This document shows, piece after piece, positions 1 to 8,918 of a DNA stretch of 64,000 nt; within the stretch, counting starts at the first letter, position 1; the number at the start of each line of letters is the position of its first letter. A model generated the notes under the pieces. It did no database searches and had not been told where the DNA came from. It was given only the letters and a program-made list of their open reading frames with translations. The translations under genes were made by a program, and so were the position numbers. Origin of the DNA: a virus (lineage: Duplodnaviria > Heunggongvirae > Uroviricota > Caudoviricetes); the IMG/VR virus record IMGVR_UViG_3300047560_002175, positions 1 through 64,000 of that record, one strand, 5' to 3'.

Positions 1-1831
1 TATATGCTGAAAAGTAACAAGAGTCAGTATCACCATATATAATAGCTTTGCCTAAATGATTATATTCACCTGTAATAATTTCATTTACCTTTGCAGCCAT
101 ATGTTTAGCTACTTGTCTACCAGTTAGTGTAGTAGATTGACCAATACGCTTATCAAAGAATCTACAACCTGGATTAAGAATTGCACCGTATAAACTATTT
201 AGGTTAATCTTCTTAACTAGTTGTCGTTTATCCCAGTATTCTTCTTCAATTTTATTACCAGAAGCAATGGCTTCTTTCAGTTTCTTCTGCATATCTTTAC
301 GTTCTGAATACCAACGTTTAAGTAGACCTGAAATAACACCTTCTTTTTCGTATGTAAATATAGTTCCATTGGCTGACATGACCCATGGTTGATTACTTTC
401 AAACACTAGTCTATATACTTCTGCAGCACTCAATACATTACTATCGCCGTTTTCCCAGTCAACTACGATATCAGTACCTATTTCTTCATTCATTACTGAA
501 GTATATTCAAGTGTACCAAATAATCCTTCCCATGCAGCAGCAAATGATTTACCTTTAGCTATTTGTAAGCTAATATATTCGTCAGTTGCTATTGGTCTTA
601 ATTGTCCTACAATAGTTTCCGGACCCATATTTAATGCTCTAATAACACTAGGATATAGTGAATTGATATCAAGTGATCCAACCCAATCGTGAATACCTTC
701 TTTTGGATATGCAACATACGCACCGGCAGCTTGAACTGCATCTTCTCTGCGTCTATTTGGAACAACAAAACCTCTATTATGTGCTTCGTTGATAATAGCT
801 TGCTCTGTTACTGCAACTGCGCCCATGGTTGTTTGTAATAATACAGTATTTTCATGTGCAACAGTATTAGCCAAATCGATAAACTTTAGTTTTTTATCAA
901 GACGATCTAATAGCATAGTATCTTGTCTGTTATATTCAATGAATGTTTTAAAATCATTGTTGTATAACTGATCAAGTGTACCTTCGTATTGTGTTTTTCT
1001 ATCACCTAACTCGTATTCTGCAATAGCATCGAGTCTAAAACTATGTCGTTCTTCATATGTGTACTTTTGATATAGTTGTAAACTATCTAAATGGATACGT
1101 CCAATAAGATCATATGTTACTGCAGTTTTGCCATAGCGTTCATATTCACGTCTTTTTGGAAATTGATCAAATAAACAGAATCTGCGGGTATCATCTTTTG
1201 ATAATACTTTAGTAACACGATTTACTGTATATGGAATATCAAACCCTTCGCTATTCCAACCACTTAAAATGTCAGCATCATCGATTAGTGTAAGAAACGT
1301 ATCTAATAATTCTGCTTCAGTTTTAAATAAAAAAGTATTTGGGAACTCTTTTACTTGTTCAGTGGCTTCCTCCATGGTTAATGTCTTAGGAGGAATAGCT
1401 AAACAGATAAGAGTTTCCAACCATTGTAAGTGTACAGCAATTGAAGTGATTGGCATAAATGCATCATCAGGTGTTGCATAGCCACGTTCTGGGTCAAAAT
1501 CAACCTCGATATCAAAAAACGCAACATTTAACTTAGGTGCGTCATGATTGAGGTAATTTTCAGATAAATGTGTGAAAATTGGATTGATATCAGCTTCAAA
1601 CGTTTTTGAATTTGCGTGTATAGAAAGTTCTTTTCTATACTCTTTTGTATTTTTACAGACAATACGTGATACTGGATCACCGTAAATTGATTGATATCTA
1701 CCTTTTGGGTCTTTATAATATAATGTGTGTTTAACAGGTGAATCTTTAAACTCTCTTTCACCTTTTTCATTTCTTTCTACAATTTTAATGACATCGTTAC
1801 TTCTATCAAAGTATGCATCTACATAACTCAT
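1..1831 (-). CDS. Family B DNA polymerase (T4 gp43-like), N-terminal ~610 codons; the gene continues beyond the window start
   Basis: Manual translation of the minus strand gives MSYVDAYFDR from the ATG at 1831, with a GGAGG RBS upstream. Downstream it reads KKINLNSLYGAILNPG (pol motif B) and IIYGDTDSCYF (motif C) near position 60. There is no in-window stop, so the ORF track missed it. The middle part was translated less carefully. Confidence 0.8.
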   Translation of the reverse strand, partial: MSYVDAYFDRSNDVIKIVERNEKGEREFKDSPVKHTLYYKDPKGRYQSIYGDPVSRIVCKNTKEYRKELSIHANSKTFEADINPIFTHLSENYLNHDAPKLNVAFFDIEVDFDPERGYATPDDAFMPITSIAVHLQWLETLICLAIPPKTLTMEEATEQVKEFPNTFLFKTEAELLDTFLTLIDDADILSGWNSEGFDIPYTVNRVTKVLSKDDTRRFCLFDQFPKRREYERYGKTAVTYDLIGRIHLDSLQLYQKYTYEERHSFRLDAIAEYELGDRKTQYEGTLDQLYNNDFKTFIEYNRQDTMLLDRLDKKLKFIDLANTVAHENTVLLQTTMGAVAVTEQAIINEAHNRGFVVPNRRREDAVQAAGAYVAYPKEGIHDWVGSLDINSLYPSVIRALNMGPETIVGQLRPIATDEYISLQIAKGKSFAAAWEGLFGTLEYTSVMNEEIGTDIVVDWENGDSNVLSAAEVYRLVFESNQPWVMSANGTIFTYEKEGVISGLLKRWYSERKDMQKKLKEAIASGNKIEEEYWDKRQLVKKINLNSLYGAILNPGCRFFDKRIGQSTTLTGRQVAKHMAAKVNEIITGEYNHLGKAIIYGDTDSCYFSAY

Positions 1832-2019
1832 GCTGCACCTCCGTTACGATTAATATCGCGGTTTGTTGCATGATTGTTAATCCATGTCATAAATGATTCT
1901 TCGTCACGTATTTTAGCAACTTCTTCATGTGCGTGTACAACGATGCTGCATTCACATCTTGATGAGCATATTTCTGGACGGATACAATCCGCACAGGTAC
2001 TAAATTTAAAGTCTTCCAT
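1828..2019 (-). CDS. Small Cys-rich protein (5 Cys, possible Zn-binding), translationally coupled to the polymerase by an ATGA overlap
   Basis: 63-aa ORF. Its TGA stop overlaps the polymerase ATG. Motif CADC..C..C.C. No recognisable family. Confidence 0.35.
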   Translation of the reverse strand: MEDFKFSTCADCIRPEICSSRCECSIVVHAHEEVAKIRDEESFMTWINNHATNRDINRNGGAA

Positions 2020-2105
2020 ATTGTAAATCTCTGTGTATGTGATTTGTGGCTCACAAATACCCTTTTGCAGCTTATGGCCTGCCTACCATGTTCTATAATT
2101 TTTAT

Positions 2106-2360
2106 TTAGATTTTTTTAGTAACGTCTAAGATTGCTTCAATTTCTTCCCAATCTTCGTTATGATCTGCCCAGTTACCTTTATGTGCAATTTTAATAGCTT
2201 TATTGATAACTGCTGGTTTGATTTGTAACTCTTCTGCTACTGCTTTTACAGTATCTTTTAAGCCAGTTTGTAAATCTTCAACTTCTCTTAATACTAATGA
2301 ACCTTCATTGATTAGTTTTTCAAGTTTAGATTTTTCTTCTGGACCGTATGCTCTACTCAT
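2106..2360 (-). CDS. Hypothetical acidic 84-aa protein
   Basis: ORF with its own sigma70-like promoter and an AAAGGAG RBS. No family recognised. Confidence 0.4.
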   Translation of the reverse strand: MSRAYGPEEKSKLEKLINEGSLVLREVEDLQTGLKDTVKAVAEELQIKPAVINKAIKIAHKGNWADHNEDWEEIEAILDVTKKI

Positions 2361-2390
2361 TGTTTTCTCCTTTGTTTAAATTATGTATAT

Positions 2391-2419
2391 ATTATAGTAT
2401 CAGTTGTTCGTATTGTCAA
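2391..2419 (-). promoter_or_regulatory. Sigma70-type promoter (TTGACA-17-TATAAT) for the gene 2106-2360
   Basis: Minus strand reads TTGACAATACGAACAACTGATACTATAAT, followed by AAAGGAGAAAACAATG. Confidence 0.6.
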
Positions 2420-2430
2420 CTACTAATTAT

Positions 2431-2460
2431 AAAAAAAGGCAGTTTAACCTGCCTTTTTAT
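2431..2460 (-). terminator. Rho-independent terminator after the gene 2461-3408
   Basis: AAGGCAG-TTTAAC-CTGCCTT hairpin flanked by A and T runs (bidirectional shape). Confidence 0.6.
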
Positions 2461-3408
2461 TTAATAGTTTCTTAATTCATTTGCCGTTTCTGGATCTTTT
2501 TCCATTTCTTGTTTAAGTGAATTTAATTGCTGTAATAAATTACGAATTTCTTCAACATCTGTTTGAGCCGGCGGAGGCGTAACTGGTGCAGCTGGCGGAG
2601 GTGTTCCCTGTGAAGCTGGCGGTGTTACTTGGTCTGCAGGTTTAGCACCTTGCCCTTTAGGCGGTTGATTATTTAACCCCCCTTGAATCTGATCAGTTCT
2701 GAGCGCATTACTGTCTGGTTGATCTTTTTCTTTTTTAGGATCTGGTTCAACTTTTGGAGTTACTGGTTCAACTTTTGGAGTTACTGGTTTAACTTTTGGA
2801 GTTACTGGTTCAACTTTAGCAGCAGTTAATTCGTCAAACTTAGATTGAAATGCTGGAGTCCAAATACCATCTTCAGGTATTCCTGCATTATATTTAAGAT
2901 TCAAAAGATGTTGTAACGCTTGAATACTACCGTCTGGTTTTGGTTTTGTCTTTTCATCTTTGTTTGGTTTTTCATTATTAGTTGGCTTTTCATTATTGTC
3001 TGTCTTAACTTTTCCTGTAAGTGCATCAAAATAATCTTTAGCCAGCCATCCGCTGCCAACTAATCCAGCAGCACCTATTCCTTTGCCAAGTGTTTGTCCA
3101 GTTTTGTTTACTGCAACATCTTCAGGTGATGGAACATCCCATGTTTTATGAGCAGCAGTTACTTTACCACTTGGATCTTTAACTTTTGGAACTTTGATAG
3201 TTTTTCCAAGTGCTGATTGTTGTCCAAGACCTCTAATTAAGTTCCAAAATGGTCGATCAGCACCTTCAGACAAATATTCATTCTCAACTGTATTCATATG
3301 TTCTTGCAACAAAGATACAGGTGATTGAATTGGTTGTTCTTGATGATCAATTGCATCTAATTTTTGTCGTAAATTAGACATTGATTCCGCTATAGTAACT
3401 TGTTTCAT
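2461..3408 (-). CDS. Protein with a peptidoglycan-binding (PG_binding_1-like) motif and a Pro-rich PKVEPVT tandem repeat
   Basis: IQALQHLLNLKYNAGIPEDGIWTPAFQSKFDEL fits the LQ..L...G...DG.fG..T..A...FQ pattern. Contains 4 copies of VTPKVEP. Confidence 0.5.
   Translation of the reverse strand: MKQVTIAESMSNLRQKLDAIDHQEQPIQSPVSLLQEHMNTVENEYLSEGADRPFWNLIRGLGQQSALGKTIKVPKVKDPSGKVTAAHKTWDVPSPEDVAVNKTGQTLGKGIGAAGLVGSGWLAKDYFDALTGKVKTDNNEKPTNNEKPNKDEKTKPKPDGSIQALQHLLNLKYNAGIPEDGIWTPAFQSKFDELTAAKVEPVTPKVKPVTPKVEPVTPKVEPDPKKEKDQPDSNALRTDQIQGGLNNQPPKGQGAKPADQVTPPASQGTPPPAAPVTPPPAQTDVEEIRNLLQQLNSLKQEMEKDPETANELRNY
2742..2817. repeat. 21-bp coding tandem repeat, about 3.6 copies (ctggttcaacttttggagtta)
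   Basis: Direct head-to-tail copies seen in the sequence. They encode the VTPKVEP repeat. Confidence 0.8.
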
Positions 3409-4610
3409 TATTTTTGTGCTCCGTATTTTTGTAAGATATGTTGTCTAATTGCTTGTACTGTCTGCTCATTAAACTCACCATCTTCCGGAATTTGATCACC
3501 GTACTGTTGATTTATCGCAGATTGGAACATTTGAACTTCTTGAGATGCTTGTTCAAGGTTTGAAGGTTGTGCATCTGCGCCAATTTCTGGGGTTTCAACA
3601 CCGTATCCGCCACGCAATGCTGCTTGTCCGCCGTATGCTGCTGCACCGGCTGCTATTCCTTTTCCTAATCCTAAAAACTTACCAGGTCCTACGATTGAAC
3701 CAGCTACATTTCCGCCTGTGTATGCTCTGGGATAATTTTTATCAGCATTTTGAAAACGAGCTATTTCTGCAGGAACTTCATCTTTATACGATGTTCCTTT
3801 TACAAGTGATTTTACACCTGCGTTAATATCTGGACCTAATCCAAACGTTGCACCATTATACGCACCAAGTCCGGCTGCCTTAGCAGCTTCCCAATCAAAG
3901 TCTTCATTCATACTAAGTACAATTGATTCTGCTAATGACGGTACATTTGGAGTAATTTTATTTTTTGCTATATTGTTCATTGAATCTGATCCTAAACTTG
4001 GTGGCGGAGCCGGAGGAGCCGGAGGAGTTGAATAATTGTTAGGTGTATCTTGTCGACCATATACTGGTGCTTTATGAGCATCATAGTCTTGAAGAAAACT
4101 TAACGCCTCAGGCGGTAATTGAACTCCACGTTGTTGTAGATTAAGGATCTTATCTCTAATAGCTCTTTTTAATCTTACATATTCAGCTAGTCGATGCGTT
4201 CTTAAGTTTTGTTTCTCAGCTGCGGCTTGGCTTTGTGTAGTTAAATGAGCACCTGCAGCTTTATATACTCTATCATCATCAAACCAACCAGCTTGTGGTA
4301 GTTTAGCGTTTGGAGGAAGTAATCCGGCAGCTGAGAGTTTCTCAGCTGCTTCAAATGGTACTTCATCTTCATCATCGACATCAGTACTTCCATCGGCTTC
4401 GATGTAATTTCCTGTAACAGGATCCACTAGTCCTTCAAACCCATTTTGTTTAGCTAATTTTGCTATTATTGGATATCGTATACTATTGTCTTGTTCGTAG
4501 CCTGAGATATAGGCAACTAATGATGAAAGTGTTAAACCTTCAGATAACACGTCTAACTTGTTTAATAAATTTCTAAAATCCATTATCTTTTCCTTGACGT
4601 GGGGCACCAA
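3408..4610 (-). CDS. Hypothetical Gly/Ala/Pro-rich protein (possible virion or internal protein)
   Basis: 400-aa ORF, PPAPPAPPPS segment, G/A-rich C-terminal half. Confidence 0.45.
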   Translation of the reverse strand: MVPHVKEKIMDFRNLLNKLDVLSEGLTLSSLVAYISGYEQDNSIRYPIIAKLAKQNGFEGLVDPVTGNYIEADGSTDVDDEDEVPFEAAEKLSAAGLLPPNAKLPQAGWFDDDRVYKAAGAHLTTQSQAAAEKQNLRTHRLAEYVRLKRAIRDKILNLQQRGVQLPPEALSFLQDYDAHKAPVYGRQDTPNNYSTPPAPPAPPPSLGSDSMNNIAKNKITPNVPSLAESIVLSMNEDFDWEAAKAAGLGAYNGATFGLGPDINAGVKSLVKGTSYKDEVPAEIARFQNADKNYPRAYTGGNVAGSIVGPGKFLGLGKGIAAGAAAYGGQAALRGGYGVETPEIGADAQPSNLEQASQEVQMFQSAINQQYGDQIPEDGEFNEQTVQAIRQHILQKYGAQK

Positions 4611-5124
4611 CTATTCTGTCATATTGGTGCATACTTAAAACTTTTCCAGTTGAACTTAACTTAATCAATCTTTCAGTAACATCGTGTAAGTCCATATCTG
4701 TTTGAGCATCTTCTCTTGCATACTCTAATAATCGAATTAGTAATGGTATATCCATTTTAACAATATCTGTTGGATTTTCTGTAGATTCAGTCGGTACAGC
4801 ACTGTAACCAGGTATAGCATCTTCCATTACTTTAGCTGCAATCATTTGAGCATAACTTTTGAGTTCTGCTTTTTGAGCAAAAACTTGTTCTTCTTGTTCA
4901 GCAGATGCCTCAGCCATGTATTTTTTAAATAATGATGGCTTTGATGGTTTCTTTTCAATTGGTTCAGCATAGTGCTGCATTGCCATTTGTACAGGCAATG
5001 CAACTTTATGCGGATTTGAACCTTCTGTAATGATAGACATGAATTTCTTCATATCGTTAGTATTTTCTACAGGAACAGACTCTTTAACTGAGTCCATTGC
5101 TTGTAGAATCTTTTTCATATCCAT
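4573..5124 (-). CDS. Hypothetical protein
   Basis: 183-aa ORF packed between neighbours on the same strand. Confidence 0.4.
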   Translation of the reverse strand: MDMKKILQAMDSVKESVPVENTNDMKKFMSIITEGSNPHKVALPVQMAMQHYAEPIEKKPSKPSLFKKYMAEASAEQEEQVFAQKAELKSYAQMIAAKVMEDAIPGYSAVPTESTENPTDIVKMDIPLLIRLLEYAREDAQTDMDLHDVTERLIKLSSTGKVLSMHQYDRIVGAPRQGKDNGF

Positions 5125-6935
5125 TATTTAATAACTCGTTCAGTGATCATTTTTAAACGATCTAATTCAGTTGATTCTTTATATGCACCGTAACCCATTC
5201 CTTGATTTAAGCCTTGAGTATATTTTTGTAATTCTTCTGGATGTTGTGAATAGTACAATCTACGTGCTGCATAATCTTGTTCTTTAGCAGCATTATCTGC
5301 ATCTTTTTGTGCCATTCTAGCATCAAATTGAGCTGAATGTTTATTGGCCATTTGATCAAAATTATCACTTTTGTTATCAAACCATTGTTGGGCACGTTCG
5401 TGATCTCGATCCATTTGTGCCCATTGTCTTTCATCAGCACCTGGTCCAAATAATCCTGGCATTCTTTGTTGCGCACGTTTCCAATCTGCATCTGAAATTG
5501 GTTTTCCACCTTGTGACATTGGCTCTTGTGACATTGGCTCAAATTGTGCGTTTTGTTTTTCTTGAGCGGCATATTCTTCAGGTGAAATATCATAACCCAT
5601 GTCATCTTTGAATTCATTCAATCCGCTATTTCTCATAATTGCATTAATTTCTGCTGACTCAGTTTTAGATTTTTTAATAGCGTTATCTACTGCACCTCTA
5701 TGTTCTTCTGGACCAGTTTCAAGTTTACCATCCTCGTCATAATCTTTGTCAGCTGTTTTTGCAGCTTTCTTTTCTTCTAAATAAGAAACAGATTCTTTAA
5801 TATTTTTCCACATTGCAGCAGCGGCGATTTTTTTACCTTTTTCGCCGCCACCTGCTTTGGCTGCAACTTTATCAAAGTTTTTGCCTGGTTTACCGATGTC
5901 TTTGCCTGCTTTTGCGTCTTTAGCTACTTTTGATCTTTCTTTAGAGGTAAGATGACCGCCAGGTTTTTTTTTACCTTCGTAAAATGACTCATCAGTTTTT
6001 GTTTCTTTTTTAGCGTAAGGATTGCCAGTATCTTGACTGTTTACACTTGATTTAGGTTTTTCTTTTTTTTCACCTGAATCTTTTTTAGGTTCTGATTTAG
6101 AACTAGAATCTTTTTTTGGTTGTGTTTTTTTAGCAGGTTGTTTTGGTGCAGATGATTCTGCAGATTTACTTCCTGGACGTTTAGGCTGTTCTTTTTTGGT
6201 GATAATTTCATCATCCATTGCGTTGCCTTTTAAGTTTTCTTCATCATCTGGAATGCCGTTGTGGTTAGCATCAACTTTTGATTGAACAAAGTTACGTAAG
6301 ATTCTATGTTTGTTTACTAATTTTTTAGTACTAGCTGGAAGTTGTTTCTCTACCATACCGGATCCACCACATTCTCCGCATGTATGCATAACACCTTCTT
6401 TAACTGCTTTTGGTTTTTCAAGTTTATCGGCTTGATCAATTTTAAGGGCTGCAAGTGTTTTTCTTGCTTCCATTAAAGCTTTTTTCATTTGTCTTTTTTC
6501 ACTTTCTGAGTACATATCGCTTTTCTCTATCTTATCGCCGTATTCGCTGAACTTCATTTCGTATTCTAAATAATGATAAACTGAAGAAATATAATCTGCA
6601 GCTTTGGTAATTTTAGCTTGAACCCAAGATTCAAACTGATCATTATCTTCAATTTTCTTAAATAATTTAACACTGTATTTTGCCAACTTAAACAAGTCAG
6701 CTTTAACCATTGCACCTTCATCATCACTTTCGATGTTATGATCTTTATGATCAATTTCTTTATGTGAAATATCAACACTTGGTGCAGGTAAATCGAATTT
6801 AGGCAAATCTAGTTCAAGACCTGCAAATTCTGAAAGTTTTTTTCTATGTTTCATGATAAACTCCGTTATAGTATATTTAGCTTCTTTTAATGGTTCCACC
6901 GGTAAATAAGTCTCCGCCTTCCATTTGTGCGCCAA
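5124..6935 (-). CDS. Large, highly charged Lys/Glu-rich hypothetical protein with a CGECGGSG motif
   Basis: 603-aa ORF with a long K/S/E-rich low-complexity central region. Confidence 0.45.
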   Translation of the reverse strand: MAHKWKAETYLPVEPLKEAKYTITEFIMKHRKKLSEFAGLELDLPKFDLPAPSVDISHKEIDHKDHNIESDDEGAMVKADLFKLAKYSVKLFKKIEDNDQFESWVQAKITKAADYISSVYHYLEYEMKFSEYGDKIEKSDMYSESEKRQMKKALMEARKTLAALKIDQADKLEKPKAVKEGVMHTCGECGGSGMVEKQLPASTKKLVNKHRILRNFVQSKVDANHNGIPDDEENLKGNAMDDEIITKKEQPKRPGSKSAESSAPKQPAKKTQPKKDSSSKSEPKKDSGEKKEKPKSSVNSQDTGNPYAKKETKTDESFYEGKKKPGGHLTSKERSKVAKDAKAGKDIGKPGKNFDKVAAKAGGGEKGKKIAAAAMWKNIKESVSYLEEKKAAKTADKDYDEDGKLETGPEEHRGAVDNAIKKSKTESAEINAIMRNSGLNEFKDDMGYDISPEEYAAQEKQNAQFEPMSQEPMSQGGKPISDADWKRAQQRMPGLFGPGADERQWAQMDRDHERAQQWFDNKSDNFDQMANKHSAQFDARMAQKDADNAAKEQDYAARRLYYSQHPEELQKYTQGLNQGMGYGAYKESTELDRLKMITERVIK

Positions 6936-8244
6936 ATAAATTACCTTTTTTTCCTTTTATATCTAAAGCATTAACTGCAGTACCGTCTTTCTTTTTTGGT
7001 TGTAGAGTTTTAGTTTGAATTACCTTTGTACCGCTCTTACCAGGTGATCCGCTGTATGCTTTCATTTTTCTATTTTTTCCAAGACTACCTACTGGATTTT
7101 CAACTGAACCAATATTTGCTGCAGTTGTATCACTTGCTGATTCAGCAAGTGGTAGTTTTGCATTGCATTGATCAAGATGAGTCTTTAATTCAGTATATAA
7201 TATTTTAATATATCTTTTGTACACTTTTTGATACTGTGGTTTAGGGTTTTGTCTAAAGAACTGATAATAATGTTCTGTATTGTCGTCCTTAGACATACCA
7301 AGATGTCCAGTCTTTGATAATTCATTAAGAATGGCTTGCATATTTGCAGCATGACTTTTTAAATCACGATATTGACTTTTAGATTTTCTAATAATAGACA
7401 CTGCAGAGTTATGTGCAAATGCTGGTATTTCTCTTTGATCAGCAAGATACAATTCAACTGTTCTTTTATCCATCGGACCGCTTGATACATTAGATTGTGT
7501 ACCTTGTGCAGTTTCTCCACGCTTTGCTACATAAGATTTAGTTTCATGATTTTCAGGATCTTTTTTTATTTGAATTACATGAGTTAGCTCGTGTATTAAA
7601 ACTGGAGTTAGTGAAGAAGCAATTGTTTCAGCTATGCTGTGACTGAAATTAGTTGGATCAAATGAATGAATAAATTCATTAAATTGCTCAATATCAGTAA
7701 CCTGTACTTGTGGCATTTTAACATTTACAAATGGTAGCCCTTTAGTTAGCAACTTATTTGCAATTGATGTTACAAAATTCAATAACGGAGTTCTAATCAA
7801 TTTGTAATTAAGAACAACCATTGGTATATTACCAAATAGTTCACCTGTGTTTTTCTCAGTTGCATACGCAGTTGCTTTCATTTCATCAAACTCTAATATT
7901 ACCATTAGTTGCATTATATCACTGGTGTGTCTCCCAAATTCTGCAGATAGGTTTTCAGCAATGCGCCCAACAGCAGCTTCACATAACAAATAAGCAAACT
8001 CTTTATTAGTAATTACTGAATTATTTGATACGGTAATGCCTGCTGGTATTTTTTTAGTATTGGGATTGTTTGATTGAACTTGAGATCGGGTTGAAGTAAT
8101 AGTAGTTCCATCAAATTGTATGTTATTTGATAAATCAACTTCGTTACCTGCATTATTATTGATTATAGATATAATTGCTGATTTTAATTGATCTGCATGT
8201 TGTGATAATGATATAGCTTCTGCTATAATTTCAGAGATTATCAT
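6877..8244 (-). CDS. Hypothetical protein with an HExxH motif (candidate Zn-metallopeptidase)
   Basis: VLIHELTHVIQ motif. 455-aa ORF. No further family assignment. Confidence 0.4.
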   Translation of the reverse strand: MIISEIIAEAISLSQHADQLKSAIISIINNNAGNEVDLSNNIQFDGTTITSTRSQVQSNNPNTKKIPAGITVSNNSVITNKEFAYLLCEAAVGRIAENLSAEFGRHTSDIMQLMVILEFDEMKATAYATEKNTGELFGNIPMVVLNYKLIRTPLLNFVTSIANKLLTKGLPFVNVKMPQVQVTDIEQFNEFIHSFDPTNFSHSIAETIASSLTPVLIHELTHVIQIKKDPENHETKSYVAKRGETAQGTQSNVSSGPMDKRTVELYLADQREIPAFAHNSAVSIIRKSKSQYRDLKSHAANMQAILNELSKTGHLGMSKDDNTEHYYQFFRQNPKPQYQKVYKRYIKILYTELKTHLDQCNAKLPLAESASDTTAANIGSVENPVGSLGKNRKMKAYSGSPGKSGTKVIQTKTLQPKKKDGTAVNALDIKGKKGNLFGAQMEGGDLFTGGTIKRS

Positions 8245-8501
8245 AACTTATTACCCCACAATTCAAACCATGCAGGAGTACCAGGTTTGATGTTATTTTC
8301 ACGCTGATACTTTCCACGCTCGTCGTTTATAAATGATTCTTGTTTTAGGTTAGCGCGGTATTCGTGTAGTCTTGCTTCAGCACCTAAACCACCTAGATAG
8401 CTTGCAATTTTTAATTCTTGTATTGGATCATCGGGCGCGAGAAAACAGTCATCAGGACTGTCTTGTATTATGTTTTCTGTTGTTATTCTATACTGTTTCA
8501 C
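8241..8501 (-). CDS. Hypothetical protein
   Basis: 86-aa ORF with overlapping stop/start with neighbours. Confidence 0.35.
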   Translation of the reverse strand: MKQYRITTENIIQDSPDDCFLAPDDPIQELKIASYLGGLGAEARLHEYRANLKQESFINDERGKYQRENNIKPGTPAWFELWGNKL

Positions 8502-8504
8502 ATT

Positions 8505-8918
8505 TTAAACCCCATATCTGTTTCGTTTTGCAGCAGCAACTGGGCTAATTTTATGAGTATCGGGCGATTCTGTTGATCTTTTAGATGATCCTACTGACTT
8601 TCTGCTAATGCCCATTTGTTTTGCTGCAGCATCGAGCATTTTATCATCTTCGTCTGAGAATGAGATTGTAACAAAATCACCACCTAATGATCCTTTATGA
8701 GTTACTGCTGCTTTGTTAGGAGCACTTGAGAGCATCACACCGTACTTGTAAGCACGATATGGGTCGTTATTGTTATTTAATGCAGGATATGCAGTTAAAC
8801 CAGGAACTGCATCTCTTGCAGATTTATGTAGTTTATTCTCACGAATGATAACTTGCATCTCAGCAATGTCACGTTCTAGTTGTTCTATATCTTCTTTTGT
8901 AATTTTTTTCATATTCAT
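8505..8918 (-). CDS. Hypothetical protein
   Basis: 137-aa ORF. Confidence 0.4.
   Translation of the reverse strand: MNMKKITKEDIEQLERDIAEMQVIIRENKLHKSARDAVPGLTAYPALNNNNDPYRAYKYGVMLSSAPNKAAVTHKGSLGGDFVTISFSDEDDKMLDAAAKQMGISRKSVGSSKRSTESPDTHKISPVAAAKRNRYGV

Noticed and set aside
3545-3826. Plus-strand 93-aa ORF inside the minus-strand gene 3408-4610. The same kind of ORF occurs at 5417-5611, 7026-7208, 7821-8009, 8770-8979, 11202-11387, 11735-12073, 12995-13219, 14035-14484, 17182-17376, 20276-20788 and 23876-24136.
   Set aside because: These are antisense shadow ORFs inside well-supported genes, with Leu/Ser/Cys-rich low-complexity translations and no RBS or promoter context.
5207-5617. Minus-strand alternative-frame ORF inside the gene 5124-6935. 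The same kind occurs at 6566-6778, 14495-14683, 49895-50098, 50402-50620 and 54126-54380.
   Set aside because: They are out-of-frame overlaps of longer, better-supported ORFs on the same strand, with no independent signals.
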